The notes under the pieces: generated by a model
Databases searched by the model: none
What the model was told of the DNA's origin: nothing
What the model saw: only the letters and a program-made list of their open reading frames with translations
Position numbers and translations under genes: made by a program
Shown: positions 1 to 8,635 of the stretch, one piece after another
Numbering within the stretch: the stretch's first letter is position 1
Layout of the letters: each line of letters starts with the position of its first letter
Assembly (NCBI GenBank): GCA_963666765.1
Contig: OY762933.1
Span: 833,814-897,813, forward strand
Origin: Gammaproteobacteria bacterium
GTDB taxonomy: Bacteria > Pseudomonadota > Gammaproteobacteria > Steroidobacterales > Foliamicaceae
Reading direction: 5' to 3'
Length of the DNA: 64,000 nt

Positions 1-26
1 CCACGGCCGGGCGGACAAGCCAGCGC

Positions 27-401
27 ATGGATCTCGCCTCGCCACCGCTGTCCTTCGGGGCGCACCCCGTGTCCTGCGATGTGCTGCACTGCGCCCGCTT
101 TGATCACTCCTCGCAACTGAATCCGCAACCGTGCCGCGGCGTGCTGATGTCTTCGCCCGAGCATGACGGATGCTCCGGACCCAACTTGTGCTCCATCAAG
201 TTCGACCTGGAATACCTGGGACGCGAAGAGGTCACCGTGCCGGCCGGCACCTTCGAAACCGACCATTACCGCTTCCTGCTCGACCATCACCCTGCCGAAG
301 ACGTGTGGTGCACGACCGACGGATTTCTGTTCGTCAAGATCACCGTTGGCGGATACATGAACGCCCATTTCGATCTCGTCGAGTACGATGAGCAGTATTA
401 G
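27..401 (+). CDS. hypothetical protein, possibly 5'-truncated by the window edge
   Basis: ORF-track ORF. The frame stays open back to nt 3, so the true start may lie upstream. No family recognised. Confidence 0.35.
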   Translation: MDLASPPLSFGAHPVSCDVLHCARFDHSSQLNPQPCRGVLMSSPEHDGCSGPNLCSIKFDLEYLGREEVTVPAGTFETDHYRFLLDHHPAEDVWCTTDGFLFVKITVGGYMNAHFDLVEYDEQY

Positions 402-420
402 CGTTTGAGAGGGGGAAACC

Positions 421-1050
421 GTGCCTTCAACTGTGTTAGCTTCGCTTCGGGCGATTTTTCTCTTGGGGGTGGCCTTGACCATGACCGCACTTGCCATTGA
501 CTCGGCCCGCGCTGCCGAGCAGGACGACATCGCTGCCATAGAGGCAGTAATTCACGAGACTGCGGAACGATGGAACTCTCAGGATTTCCGTACGGTCCTG
601 GAGCTTTGGGATCCAGACCAGGAGGTACCCTTTTATCTTGCCGAGGAGCAGGATGACTGGTTCATCGGCTGGGAGGCGTTACGGGCATACCTCACTCCGC
701 CGATGCCGAGCCCGGCGGTAGAAGGCCTGCGCGAGGAGATGTACGACATTTCGGTCAAACTCATCGCCGACGATCTGGCCATCGCCGCGTGGAACATGCA
801 CTTTGAAATGAAAATTCGCGGCAGGAACCCCATAGGAGAGGATGTTCGGGTAAGTGCGGTGTTGCGCAGGAAGCCGGAGGGCTGGCGCTATATCCATTGG
901 GCGGAGTCCCCCATGGCGCCCCTGGTTTATATCGACAAGCTCTTCCAGCGGGACGTGGATCACGAAAAGTTCACGCCCCTGATCGCGCGCTCGCGTGCGG
1001 TAAAGGAAGCCTGGAGAGCCGAGGCAGCGGAGAAAGCCGCCGCCGAGTAG
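421..1050 (+). CDS. secreted SnoaL-like/DUF4440 (NTF2-fold) protein
   Basis: GTG start preceded by GAGGGGGA Shine-Dalgarno. N-terminal signal peptide ending SARA/AE. The IHETAERWNSQDF...WDPD pattern is typical of SnoaL_3/DUF4440 proteins. Confidence 0.55.
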   Translation: MPSTVLASLRAIFLLGVALTMTALAIDSARAAEQDDIAAIEAVIHETAERWNSQDFRTVLELWDPDQEVPFYLAEEQDDWFIGWEALRAYLTPPMPSPAVEGLREEMYDISVKLIADDLAIAAWNMHFEMKIRGRNPIGEDVRVSAVLRRKPEGWRYIHWAESPMAPLVYIDKLFQRDVDHEKFTPLIARSRAVKEAWRAEAAEKAAAE

Positions 1051-1072
1051 AGCCGCGCGATGGCGCGCATAG

Positions 1073-1372
1073 CATGCCGGTAGGAGCCATTGGAACGGCG
1101 ACGACGCCGTCGACCGATACCGCCAACGCTTCGAGGCGCAGCCGCCGACTCTGGCGCTGCTTCAGCGAGGGCTAAGGGCTTACGGTTACGACGTGGACGA
1201 TACAGGCGAGTATGATCCGCTGACCCAGGTCGCACTCAGGGCGTTTCAGATGCATTTCAGGCCGATGGACTGGTCCGGACTGCCCGATGCCGAAACGGCC
1301 GCCATCGTGTTTGCGCTGCTGGAGAAATACCGCCCCCGGGCGCTGACTCGTCTGCTGAATTCGTCGTTGTAG
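1073..1372 (+). pseudogene. remnant of an N-acetylmuramoyl-L-alanine amidase (AmpD/AmiD-like) with PG_binding_1 C-terminus
   Basis: Frame-2 translation has no start codon. It reads HAGRSHWNG (compare the AmpD WHAGVSYW motif), then LLQRGLRAYGYDVDDTGEYDPLTQVALRAFQMHF (peptidoglycan-binding repeat). Most of the catalytic domain is missing. Confidence 0.5.
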
Positions 1373-1404
1373 CAGTCGCTGCTGCGCCGGGTCCGGAGCG
1401 ACCG

Positions 1405-1542
1405 CACAACGCCAATGAGAATCTGGTGCACATCTTCGTGCACAACCTTCGCCGCAAGCTCGGCGACGATGCGGCGAACCCGAAGTACGTCTTCAACGTT
1501 CGCGGCGTCGACTACCGCGTGGCGGAGCCCGGCGGGGCCTGA
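1405..1542 (+). pseudogene. C-terminal fragment of an OmpR-family response regulator (winged-helix Trans_reg_C)
   Basis: Frame-1 translation NENLVHIFVHNLRRKLGDDAANPKYVFNVRGVDYRVAEP* matches the recognition helix and wing of the OmpR/PhoB DNA-binding domain. There is no receiver domain and no start codon. Confidence 0.55.
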
Positions 1543-1618
1543 GCCCGCCCGGCCGGGCGATCCCGTTCAAGGCAATCGGTGACGGATGCGGGCAACTGCG
1601 CCAATAAGCGTCTAGGGA

Positions 1619-1897
1619 TCATAGCCGTGATCTCCGCCGTTGTGGCACGAACCCGACTGTGTAGCCGAAAGGTCGCCCAATCTTGTTCAAGGTCTCGACG
1701 GTTGGGTTGCCTTTGTTGAGTTCGATTTGGGCGAGGATACGTGGCGCGATGCCGACAATGCGCTCGGCATACGCTTTCTGGCTCAGGCCCGTGATCTTGC
1801 GCATTCGTTGCGCAGCTTGTCCCAGGCTGAGATTGCCATTCTCGATCGCCGTCATCAGCTCATGCTTTGCGGCCGTTGTGTCGTCCGGTAATCCCAT
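1619..1897 (-). CDS. XRE-family helix-turn-helix protein, putative antitoxin/regulator of the adjacent HipA kinase
   Basis: 92 aa with an HTH_XRE signature (LSLGQAAQRMRKITGLSQKAYAERIVGIAPRILAQIELNKGNPTVETLNKI). It starts 11 nt downstream of the hipA stop on the same strand. Confidence 0.75.
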   Translation of the reverse strand: MGLPDDTTAAKHELMTAIENGNLSLGQAAQRMRKITGLSQKAYAERIVGIAPRILAQIELNKGNPTVETLNKIGRPFGYTVGFVPQRRRSRL

Positions 1898-1908
1898 GGC
1901 GATCTCTC

Positions 1909-3216
1909 CTACATTTCCAGCAAGCGTTTGGCGTGCCTCGCCGCGTACGGGGCGCAGCGATCAATGATGTCGTCGTCGACCCCACAGCTTTGCATCGTCT
2001 CTGGCAGCCGCTGCAATTGCGTGCCGAAGCCGCGCAACTCGATTCGCAATCGTTCTTTGTAATCGGGGAACAGCTTGATGACGCCGACCCAGTCCGGGTC
2101 CCCGGCCTGCTCAATGTCCACGTTCCAGCGACACACACGCGCAATGCCCTCGGGGTCCAGGTACATAGGCGCAAAATCGAACACCGGCGCGAGCACAACG
2201 CGGCCGTCGTCGTGCCGAAGCAACGCGGTATTGCGATCGTGGTTGTCCTTGTTGCCCATCACGACATTGACTACATCGCGTTTGACGTACTCGATCAGAT
2301 CCTCCGCAGGTTCAGTACAGTGCTCGGTAAGCGCGTCGCACAGTACTTCGTGCGGTACGCGCGCGCCATATTCGGCGATACCGGCTGCGGAATAGAGACT
2401 CTCCATGCCATAGCGCAACACTTCGCCATCGCGTACCTCGCGATCAAAGCGCGGTATGAACAGGCTGTCTTCCTCCCACTTGAGGTCGGCGTAGGTCCGC
2501 AGACCGAGTTGATCGGCGACGCGCATATAGGCAGCTTCGTTGCGTAGCACCTGGCGGTCGTCGGCACGATCGCCGCGAGGCCGCTTCACCAGCCAGTGCG
2601 ATTGCACTTGATTGTCAGCAAGCCGACCCTCGGCATGCCAGGCACCGTCATGATCCTGTGCGAGCAGCAACTTGGGCGCGACACCCTGAACATAGGATGC
2701 GCCGGCCGCGTAGATGCCGTGCTGAAAGGCGTACTCGACGAAGGTCTCCTTGCGCGCCAGGATATCGTCGCGCGCAAACCCGGGGTGGTCTTTCATTGAG
2801 ACGACATCACCCGCAGCCGTCGGAACCGGGGTATTGAAGTCTCGGGCTGCGACGGCTTCGGCCACACGAAGGTTGCCGGGCGGAAACGCTGTGCCGGCAA
2901 GCAGCAACGGCCAATCCGCCCCGGGACCCTCCTGAAGGCCGAGCTGCTCAAGCCACTGCTGGCGACCGTAGCCACCCGGTAAAATATCAAGCGCAAAAGC
3001 AGGCCAGCGCCCAAGACTATGCAGTTGGAAATCGACCGGGTAGCGGCAACTCAGGCCCGCAGCCGCAGCCGTGTCGGGACCGGCCGCATCGACCGCGTAT
3101 TCCGTATCGTATTCAAAACGGCAGGCACTCGTAATCCCCGCCGCGTCATCGGCGGGCGTCAGCGTCGCGGCCAGCTGCCAACGACCGCCACGGTAGATTT
3201 CAAAGGTCGCTTTCAT
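1909..3216 (-). CDS. hipA: HipA-family serine/threonine kinase (type II toxin)
   Basis: 435 aa. Catalytic-loop-like GNKDNHDRNTALL and Mg-binding-like LAPVFDFAPM motifs are characteristic of the HipA C-terminal domain. The length matches full-length HipA. Confidence 0.8.
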   Translation of the reverse strand: MKATFEIYRGGRWQLAATLTPADDAAGITSACRFEYDTEYAVDAAGPDTAAAAGLSCRYPVDFQLHSLGRWPAFALDILPGGYGRQQWLEQLGLQEGPGADWPLLLAGTAFPPGNLRVAEAVAARDFNTPVPTAAGDVVSMKDHPGFARDDILARKETFVEYAFQHGIYAAGASYVQGVAPKLLLAQDHDGAWHAEGRLADNQVQSHWLVKRPRGDRADDRQVLRNEAAYMRVADQLGLRTYADLKWEEDSLFIPRFDREVRDGEVLRYGMESLYSAAGIAEYGARVPHEVLCDALTEHCTEPAEDLIEYVKRDVVNVVMGNKDNHDRNTALLRHDDGRVVLAPVFDFAPMYLDPEGIARVCRWNVDIEQAGDPDWVGVIKLFPDYKERLRIELRGFGTQLQRLPETMQSCGVDDDIIDRCAPYAARHAKRLLEM

Positions 3217-3235
3217 TCTAGGAAAAGCTTAACAG

Positions 3236-3291
3236 TTCACTATAGGGAATCATAAACCCTATTATTTCACTAAATCAAATCACTATAGTGA
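3236..3291. promoter_or_regulatory. putative operator array upstream of hipA (TCACTA half-sites; perfect palindrome TCACTATAGTGA)
   Basis: AT-rich leader. TTCACTATAGGGAA at 3236-3249, TCACTA at 3267-3272, perfect 12-bp palindrome TCACTATAGTGA at 3280-3291. Confidence 0.55.
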
Positions 3292-3355
3292 TCTGTATTC
3301 GATGAGTGTCGCCAAACCACCAAATTCGCCGCACACACCGTTGTCAAACGTTATT

Positions 3356-3446
3356 TGGCGGAGAGGGTGGGATTCGAACCCACGATACGGTATGACCGTA
3401 TACCTGATCTCCAATCAGGCGCCTTCGTCCACTCGGCCACCTCTCC
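3356..3446 (-). tRNA. tRNA-Ser (anticodon GGA), CCA encoded
   Basis: The reverse complement folds by hand as a class II tRNA. Acceptor GGAGAGG/CCTCTCC, anticodon stem CCTGA/TCAGG with loop TTGGAGA (GGA), long variable arm TATACGGTCATACCGTATC, T-arm GTGGG-TTCGAAT-CCCAC, 3' GCCA. Confidence 0.9.
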
Positions 3447-3458
3447 GGCGATACGCCA

Positions 3459-3737
3459 TTATCCCGCACCCGGCTGTTCTATCACCGGAGGCTCTTCCAG
3501 ACAGGCGCCGTTGTTCCGGCGGGCCTGACCCTCGAGAACCTCGCCCTCGGGAATCTCGAGATTACCGAAGGCCCGGGGAGTCTCCAGTCCCTCGGGTGCG
3601 ACCAGCGGATCGGCGGCTACGGCATCCAGGTACTCCTGCGGACTCTCGCACGGAGGCGTTCCGCCGCCGAACAGCCCGCATCCCTGCAGGGCCAGGGCGA
3701 GCGCCGCAAGTCCCGCGGCAAGAACCCCGGTCCTCAC
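3459..3737 (-). CDS. small lipoprotein in the dapA-downstream (BamC/NlpB) position; resembles only the N-terminal segment of BamC
   Basis: GTG start overlaps the dapA stop (GTGA). Lipobox LALQGC. The mature N-terminus PQEYLDAVAADPLVAPEGLETPRAFGNLEIPEG resembles the E. coli BamC N-terminal region. Only 92 aa. Confidence 0.5.
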   Translation of the reverse strand: MRTGVLAAGLAALALALQGCGLFGGGTPPCESPQEYLDAVAADPLVAPEGLETPRAFGNLEIPEGEVLEGQARRNNGACLEEPPVIEQPGAG

Positions 3738-4609
3738 GGCAAAGCCCCCGCTTCCTCAAGCGCGCCCTGCAAGCGCGCGTGATGCGGTTCGGATAGCCGG
3801 GTCAGCGGCAGCCGGATGCCGCGCCCGATCCTGTTCATGCGATTGAGGGCCCATTTCACCGGAATCGGGTTGGACTCCACGAAAAGCGCATCGTGCAATG
3901 AAGCCAAAGGCGCGTCACGTTCGCCGGCGAGCGCGGAATCGCCGGTCAGCGCTGCGTTGCACATCTCCGCCATGCCCTGGGGCGAGACATTGGCAGTCAC
4001 CGAAATCACGCCGTCGCCGCCGGCCAGCATGAAGGCTCTCGCCGTCGCATCATCGCCGCTGTACAAGGAAAACCCCTCTCCGCAAAGCGTTCTCAGGCGC
4101 TCAACCCGTTCGACCTCGCCGGTTGCTTCCTTGAGGGCTCCGATCCGGGGATGTTCCGCCAGGCGGCCCACCGTCCCGGGCAACAGGTCCACCGCCGTCC
4201 TGACCGGCACATTGTAGAGGATCAGGGGCTGCTCAACGGCGTCCGCAATGGCCGTGAAGTGCCGGACCATCCCTTCCTGGGTGGGCTTGTTGTAGTACGG
4301 CGTCACGACCAGACAAGCGGCGATCCCGGCGCCGGCCACAGCCTTCGACAAGGCAATCGTCTGCGCCGTGGAATTGGACCCGGTGCCGGCCACGACCGGA
4401 ATCCTGCCGCCGGCCTGTTTCGCGACGTAACGAATGAGTTGCGCATGCTCGTCATGGGTCAGCGTTGCCGACTCGCCCGTGGTTCCGGCCACGACCAGGG
4501 CGGAGGTGCCGGCTTCGACATGCCAGTCAATCAACTCGTCCACGGCGGAGTAATCCACGGCGCCGGCGGCGTCCATGGGCGTGACTAGAGCTACCAGGCT
4601 TCCGCGCAT
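3734..4609 (-). CDS. dapA: 4-hydroxy-tetrahydrodipicolinate synthase
   Basis: MRGSLVALVTPM...AGTTGES...TPYYNKP...YNVP motifs. Start chosen at internal ATG 4609; the 361-aa ORF-track version carries a non-homologous 70-aa extension. Confidence 0.92.
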   Translation of the reverse strand: MRGSLVALVTPMDAAGAVDYSAVDELIDWHVEAGTSALVVAGTTGESATLTHDEHAQLIRYVAKQAGGRIPVVAGTGSNSTAQTIALSKAVAGAGIAACLVVTPYYNKPTQEGMVRHFTAIADAVEQPLILYNVPVRTAVDLLPGTVGRLAEHPRIGALKEATGEVERVERLRTLCGEGFSLYSGDDATARAFMLAGGDGVISVTANVSPQGMAEMCNAALTGDSALAGERDAPLASLHDALFVESNPIPVKWALNRMNRIGRGIRLPLTRLSEPHHARLQGALEEAGALP

Positions 4610-4654
4610 GACCGCGCGGCATTTTATCGCTCCAAAGTGTAAGCTAGCCGAAAG

Positions 4655-5185
4655 ATGGAAAAACTGTTGGCGATATCGGCCCTGGGACCGCATGAAGAGA
4701 CGTCCGCGCGCGAACTCAGCGAAGTCGTGAGCGAGGCGGGCGGAGACATCCGCGACGCCCGCATGACCCAGCTGGGAAACAGCTTCGGAGCCCTGCTGCT
4801 GGTCAACGGCAACTGGCATGCAATGAACAAGGTGCGCACGGCGCTGGAGCGCTACAGCAAGCGAACCGGCTGCCAGATTTCATTAAGCGAAACGGCGTCG
4901 CGGAAAACAAACGCTCCCGCGGCGCCCTATCACGTCGAGGCCGTGGCGCTGGAGCGGGACAATCTCGTCCTGGCGCTGGTCAGTTTCTTTGCTCGCCGCG
5001 AGCTGTCCGTCGCCGAGGTCCATGCGCGGCGCTACAATGCTCCGAGTACCGGAGCGGCCATGCTGGCGGTACGCATTGAGGTGCATGTGCCGCGTGAGGT
5101 GGGCATTGCCGTGCTGCGCGAAGACTTTCATGACTTCTGCGACAAGAACAATCTGGACGCGGTGATCGAACCGATACACGGCTAG
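4655..5185 (+). CDS. gcvR: glycine cleavage system transcriptional repressor-like (tandem ACT domains)
   Basis: 176 aa with a two-ACT-domain pattern. Conserved neighbourhood dapA-gcvR-bcp as in E. coli. Confidence 0.7.
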   Translation: MEKLLAISALGPHEETSARELSEVVSEAGGDIRDARMTQLGNSFGALLLVNGNWHAMNKVRTALERYSKRTGCQISLSETASRKTNAPAAPYHVEAVALERDNLVLALVSFFARRELSVAEVHARRYNAPSTGAAMLAVRIEVHVPREVGIAVLREDFHDFCDKNNLDAVIEPIHG

Positions 5186-5217
5186 TTGGCAACAGAGGAA
5201 ACCTGAGGAGAACCGGA

Positions 5218-5685
5218 ATGAGCACAACCGAAGTGGGCGCGCCGGCGCCCGAGTTCGAATCCGCCAGCACCAACGGCGGCCGGCAGACGCTGAGCGATCT
5301 CAAGGGCAGCAAGCTGGTGCTTTACTTCTATCCCAAGGACAACACGTCCGGATGCACGCTGGAAGGCCAGAATTTCCGGGACCTGCACGACGAATTCACC
5401 GCCGCCAACGCCGTCATACTGGGCGTGTCGCGCGAGTCCATTCGCTCGCACGACAACTTTCGCGGCAAGCACGATTTCCCCTTCCACCTGCTGTCGGACC
5501 CGGAGGAAACGCTTTGCAACGCCTATGACGTGATCAAGGAAAAAAGCATGTACGGGCGCAAGTACATGGGTATCGAACGCAGCACCTTCCTGATCGACGA
5601 AAATGGCGTGCTGCGGCGCGAGTGGCGCAAGGTAAAGGTGAAGGGGCACGTCGAAGAAGTGCTGGAGGCCGTTCGCTCGTTGTGA
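5218..5685 (+). CDS. bcp: thioredoxin-dependent thiol peroxidase (Bcp/PrxQ)
   Basis: YFYPKDNTSGCTLEG peroxidatic-Cys motif, 155 aa. Confidence 0.9.
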   Translation: MSTTEVGAPAPEFESASTNGGRQTLSDLKGSKLVLYFYPKDNTSGCTLEGQNFRDLHDEFTAANAVILGVSRESIRSHDNFRGKHDFPFHLLSDPEETLCNAYDVIKEKSMYGRKYMGIERSTFLIDENGVLRREWRKVKVKGHVEEVLEAVRSL

Positions 5686-5717
5686 ACGCCGCCCCGCCAG
5701 CGCAGGGGACACCATTC

Positions 5718-7223
5718 ATGCGCGCGGCAAGCGTAGCGCTCATGCTGGCCGTTGCCCTGCAGACGCTGCCGGCCGGCGCCCAGATGCGCGGCGGGACCGA
5801 ATTGCCGGACATGGGCAGCGCCGCGGACACGGTATTGACGCGCGAGCAGGAGCGGGAAATCGCGCTGAGCGTCATCGAGCAGTTTCGCAACGCCGGCAGA
5901 CTTGTTACAGACCCGGAAATCAACGAATACGTGGCCAACCTCGGCCGGCGGCTGGCCTACCGGGCACAGAACGGGGACCACCAGTTCCACTTTTTCGTCG
6001 TCAAGGCCTCATCAATCAACGCCTTTGCGCTTCCCGGGGGCTATATCGGCGTACACACGGGCCTGCTTGAGGTGACCGCCAACGAAAGCGAACTGGCCGG
6101 GGTGCTGGCGCATGAGATTGCCCATGTCACCCAGAACCACATATCGCGGCAGATCCAGGCCATGCGCGGAACTTCGATCATGACCATGGCCACGATGCTC
6201 GCCGCCCTGCTGGTGGGAGGACTCATGGGGGGCGGTGGCGACTTCATGCAGGGCGCCCTGATGGCGGGCACGGGACTGGCGCAGCAGCAGCAGATCAATT
6301 TCACCCGGGCGCACGAGCACGAAGCCGACCGCATCGGCATCGGGACTCTCTACGCCGCCGGTTTCGACCCCCGCGGCCTGCCCTCATTCTTCGAGACCAT
6401 GTCGCGCGCGGAATCGCTGTCCGTCAAGGCCATACCGGAAATCCTTCGCACGCACCCCGTAAACGTCAACCGAATCGCCGAAGCGCGCGCGCGAATTACT
6501 CCGGACATGATTCGCAACGTCGACAACAGCCTTAACTACTACCTGGCCCGCGCCCAGGCCCAGTTACTGGGGAGCGAGAGCCCCGACGAAGCCTTGCGGG
6601 CTTTCCGCTCGCGGCCGTTGACGGAGACCGAGGCGGACGTTGGCAGGTTCTATGGACAGGGCCTGGCCCTTCTGGGCATGGGCCGCGCCGACGAAGCGCA
6701 GTCGGTCCTGAACAACCTGCTTGCCGAGTATCCGGACTCGATACCGCTGCGAATCGCGGTTGCGCGAGCCAGCGCGGCCGCCGGCGAAACACGCTCGGCG
6801 CGGAAGATATTCGAGGACGCACTGGCGCTCTTTCCGGGCAACATGAGCCTGGGTCATCGCTACGCGGAGGCCTTGCTGGCCGAGGGACAGGCGCCGATGG
6901 CCCGCGACCTGCTGATGGACTACCTGCTTGACGACAGGATGAATCTCGAGACCATGCGTCTCCTGGCCCAGGCCAGCGGCGAGTCCGGCCGAATGGCCGA
7001 CGCGCATTACTACATGGCCGAGTACCAGCTCATGCGCCGCAACCTGAACAGCGCGCACACCCAGCTCCAGCTCGCGCTGAAGGCTGCCGAACAAGTCGAC
7101 GACGTGCGGCGCAGCCGTATCGAGGCGCGCCTGGAGCAGGTCGAGCTGATGGCCGAGGACGGCGGCAGGCGCGAGAGGAAAGACGAAGATTCCGATGAGG
7201 AACCGGCGGAACAACGCGGATAG
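5718..7223 (+). CDS. bepA: M48-family periplasmic metalloprotease with TPR domain (BepA/YfgC-like)
   Basis: Signal peptide from internal ATG 5718 (MRAASVALMLAVALQTLPAGAQ). HEIAHV zinc motif plus EHEADRIG. C-terminal TPR-like helices. Confidence 0.85.
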   Translation: MRAASVALMLAVALQTLPAGAQMRGGTELPDMGSAADTVLTREQEREIALSVIEQFRNAGRLVTDPEINEYVANLGRRLAYRAQNGDHQFHFFVVKASSINAFALPGGYIGVHTGLLEVTANESELAGVLAHEIAHVTQNHISRQIQAMRGTSIMTMATMLAALLVGGLMGGGGDFMQGALMAGTGLAQQQQINFTRAHEHEADRIGIGTLYAAGFDPRGLPSFFETMSRAESLSVKAIPEILRTHPVNVNRIAEARARITPDMIRNVDNSLNYYLARAQAQLLGSESPDEALRAFRSRPLTETEADVGRFYGQGLALLGMGRADEAQSVLNNLLAEYPDSIPLRIAVARASAAAGETRSARKIFEDALALFPGNMSLGHRYAEALLAEGQAPMARDLLMDYLLDDRMNLETMRLLAQASGESGRMADAHYYMAEYQLMRRNLNSAHTQLQLALKAAEQVDDVRRSRIEARLEQVELMAEDGGRRERKDEDSDEEPAEQRG

Positions 7224-7238
7224 AGGGGGACCCTGACC

Positions 7239-8561
7239 ATGGCGAATCGACTACAGGAATGGTGGACCTTGCAGGCCGAGGAGGAGCAGCAAAGCGCCGA
7301 CAACCCGCTGACGCCGCTCAGCGACGCGCAGCGGCGCAACACGCTGCCACTGCTGACGCTCGCCTTCGGATGGGGTTTTCTGGTGACCGGCCTGCTGACC
7401 GGCGGCGCCCTGGGCAAGGGCATGACGTTCTGGCCCGACGCCGTTCAGGCTTCGTTCTACGGCAACCTGGCCAACTTCGCGATCGGCGCCGTGGTCGGCT
7501 ATATGGGTTACAAGACCGCCTGCAACAGCGGCCTCCTGTATCGGCTGGTCTACGGACGCTTCGGCGCCTACATACCTGTGCTCTTTATAGCCCTGTTGAC
7601 CATCGGCTGGCAGGGCATCGTGGTGGGCGCCTTCGGCTTCGCCTGGGCGCAGGACTTCGACAGCACGGCGTTTTATGTCGTTGCGCTGCTCGCCGGCCTG
7701 CTGTTCACCGCAACGACCTATTTCGGAGTCAGGGCGCTGGAGTGGGTCAGCGTGCCTTCGGTGGTGATTCTGGTGGCGGTGGGGCTGTATTCCATCGACC
7801 TGAACATGGGCCAGGCCGGCGGCTGGGACGCCTTCCTGGCGCTCTCGGCGGACAAGGCCGCAAATGCGGAATCGCCCCTGAGCGTGCTCAACGGAGTCAA
7901 CGTCGTCATCGGTTCCTGGATCGTCGGGGCGGTGGTGATGGCCGAATACACCCGCTTCGCCAAGCGCGCCTGGGTGGCCATCGCGATACCGTTCATCGTC
8001 CTGATCATCGCGCAGTGGTTCCTGCAGATCGTCGGCGCCCTCGGCGGCGTCGTTTACGGCGGCGACGGCGATTTCACTTCCTACCTGCGCGAGCAGGCGG
8101 GGCTGATCGCATGGCTGGGCGTCATCGGAATGAGCGTCGCGCTTTGGACCACCGGCGACGCGAACCTGTACCTCCCGGTCATCCAGACCTCAAGCATCAT
8201 GCGCCGGCCACGGCGGGTCATGACCGTGATCTGCGGCCTGCTGGGAACCCTTCTGGGCCTCGGGATCTATCAGCAATTCCTGTTCTGGATCGGAGCGCTG
8301 GCGATCTGGGTGCCGCCCCTGATCGGGCCGGTCATCGCGCACTACTATTTCGTGGCCCGCGGCAGGATGGACGCCGGCGAAGGCGCCCGTTTACCGGTCG
8401 TGAACTGGGCAGCGCTGCTTGCCTACCCGCTGGGGCTGTTGAGCTATTACTACGCGCCCGAATGGCTGGTGCCGGCGCTGTCCGGCCTCGCAGGCTCGAT
8501 GGTCGCGTACCTGATCCTGTACCACCTGGTCCCGCCGCTGCGCGGCGTCGCTAAAGCCTGA
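7239..8561 (+). CDS. NCS1-type (cytosine/purine-like) permease
   Basis: 440 aa with about 12 hydrophobic segments. The N-terminal pattern resembles CodB-like permeases. ATG preceded by AGAGGGGGA. Substrate not inferable. Confidence 0.55.
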   Translation: MANRLQEWWTLQAEEEQQSADNPLTPLSDAQRRNTLPLLTLAFGWGFLVTGLLTGGALGKGMTFWPDAVQASFYGNLANFAIGAVVGYMGYKTACNSGLLYRLVYGRFGAYIPVLFIALLTIGWQGIVVGAFGFAWAQDFDSTAFYVVALLAGLLFTATTYFGVRALEWVSVPSVVILVAVGLYSIDLNMGQAGGWDAFLALSADKAANAESPLSVLNGVNVVIGSWIVGAVVMAEYTRFAKRAWVAIAIPFIVLIIAQWFLQIVGALGGVVYGGDGDFTSYLREQAGLIAWLGVIGMSVALWTTGDANLYLPVIQTSSIMRRPRRVMTVICGLLGTLLGLGIYQQFLFWIGALAIWVPPLIGPVIAHYYFVARGRMDAGEGARLPVVNWAALLAYPLGLLSYYYAPEWLVPALSGLAGSMVAYLILYHLVPPLRGVAKA

Positions 8562-8574
8562 GATTCCCGGGAGT

Positions 8575-8594
8575 GTGGGGGGCATGCCCCCCAC
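8575..8594. terminator. possible bidirectional terminator hairpin between convergent genes
   Basis: Perfect 20-nt palindrome GTGGGGGGCATGCCCCCCAC between the permease stop (8561) and the aldolase stop (8636). No flanking U-tract. Confidence 0.4.
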
Positions 8595-8635
8595 AGCGTC
8601 CCGCCCTCCACGAGGACAGGAAGTCCTCGCTCCCG

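Noticed and set aside
1050-3460. A bona fide integrated genomic island at tRNA-Ser
   Set aside because: No integrase or recombinase gene is present. I could not find a direct repeat of the tRNA 3' end at the distal side (around 1050-1620). It is described only as an accessory/decayed segment.
3734-4819. Long 5' extensions offered by the ORF track for dapA, bepA (5622), fba (9919), sufB (13127), sufC (14620), sufS (16169), sufT (18052), dctM (28952), rplS (31676), rpsP (33841), carA (58529) and dapB (59431)
   Set aside because: The extensions overlap upstream genes or have atypical composition. Conserved protein N-termini begin at internal ATG/GTG codons, often with Shine-Dalgarno or ATGA coupling, so the shorter starts were used.
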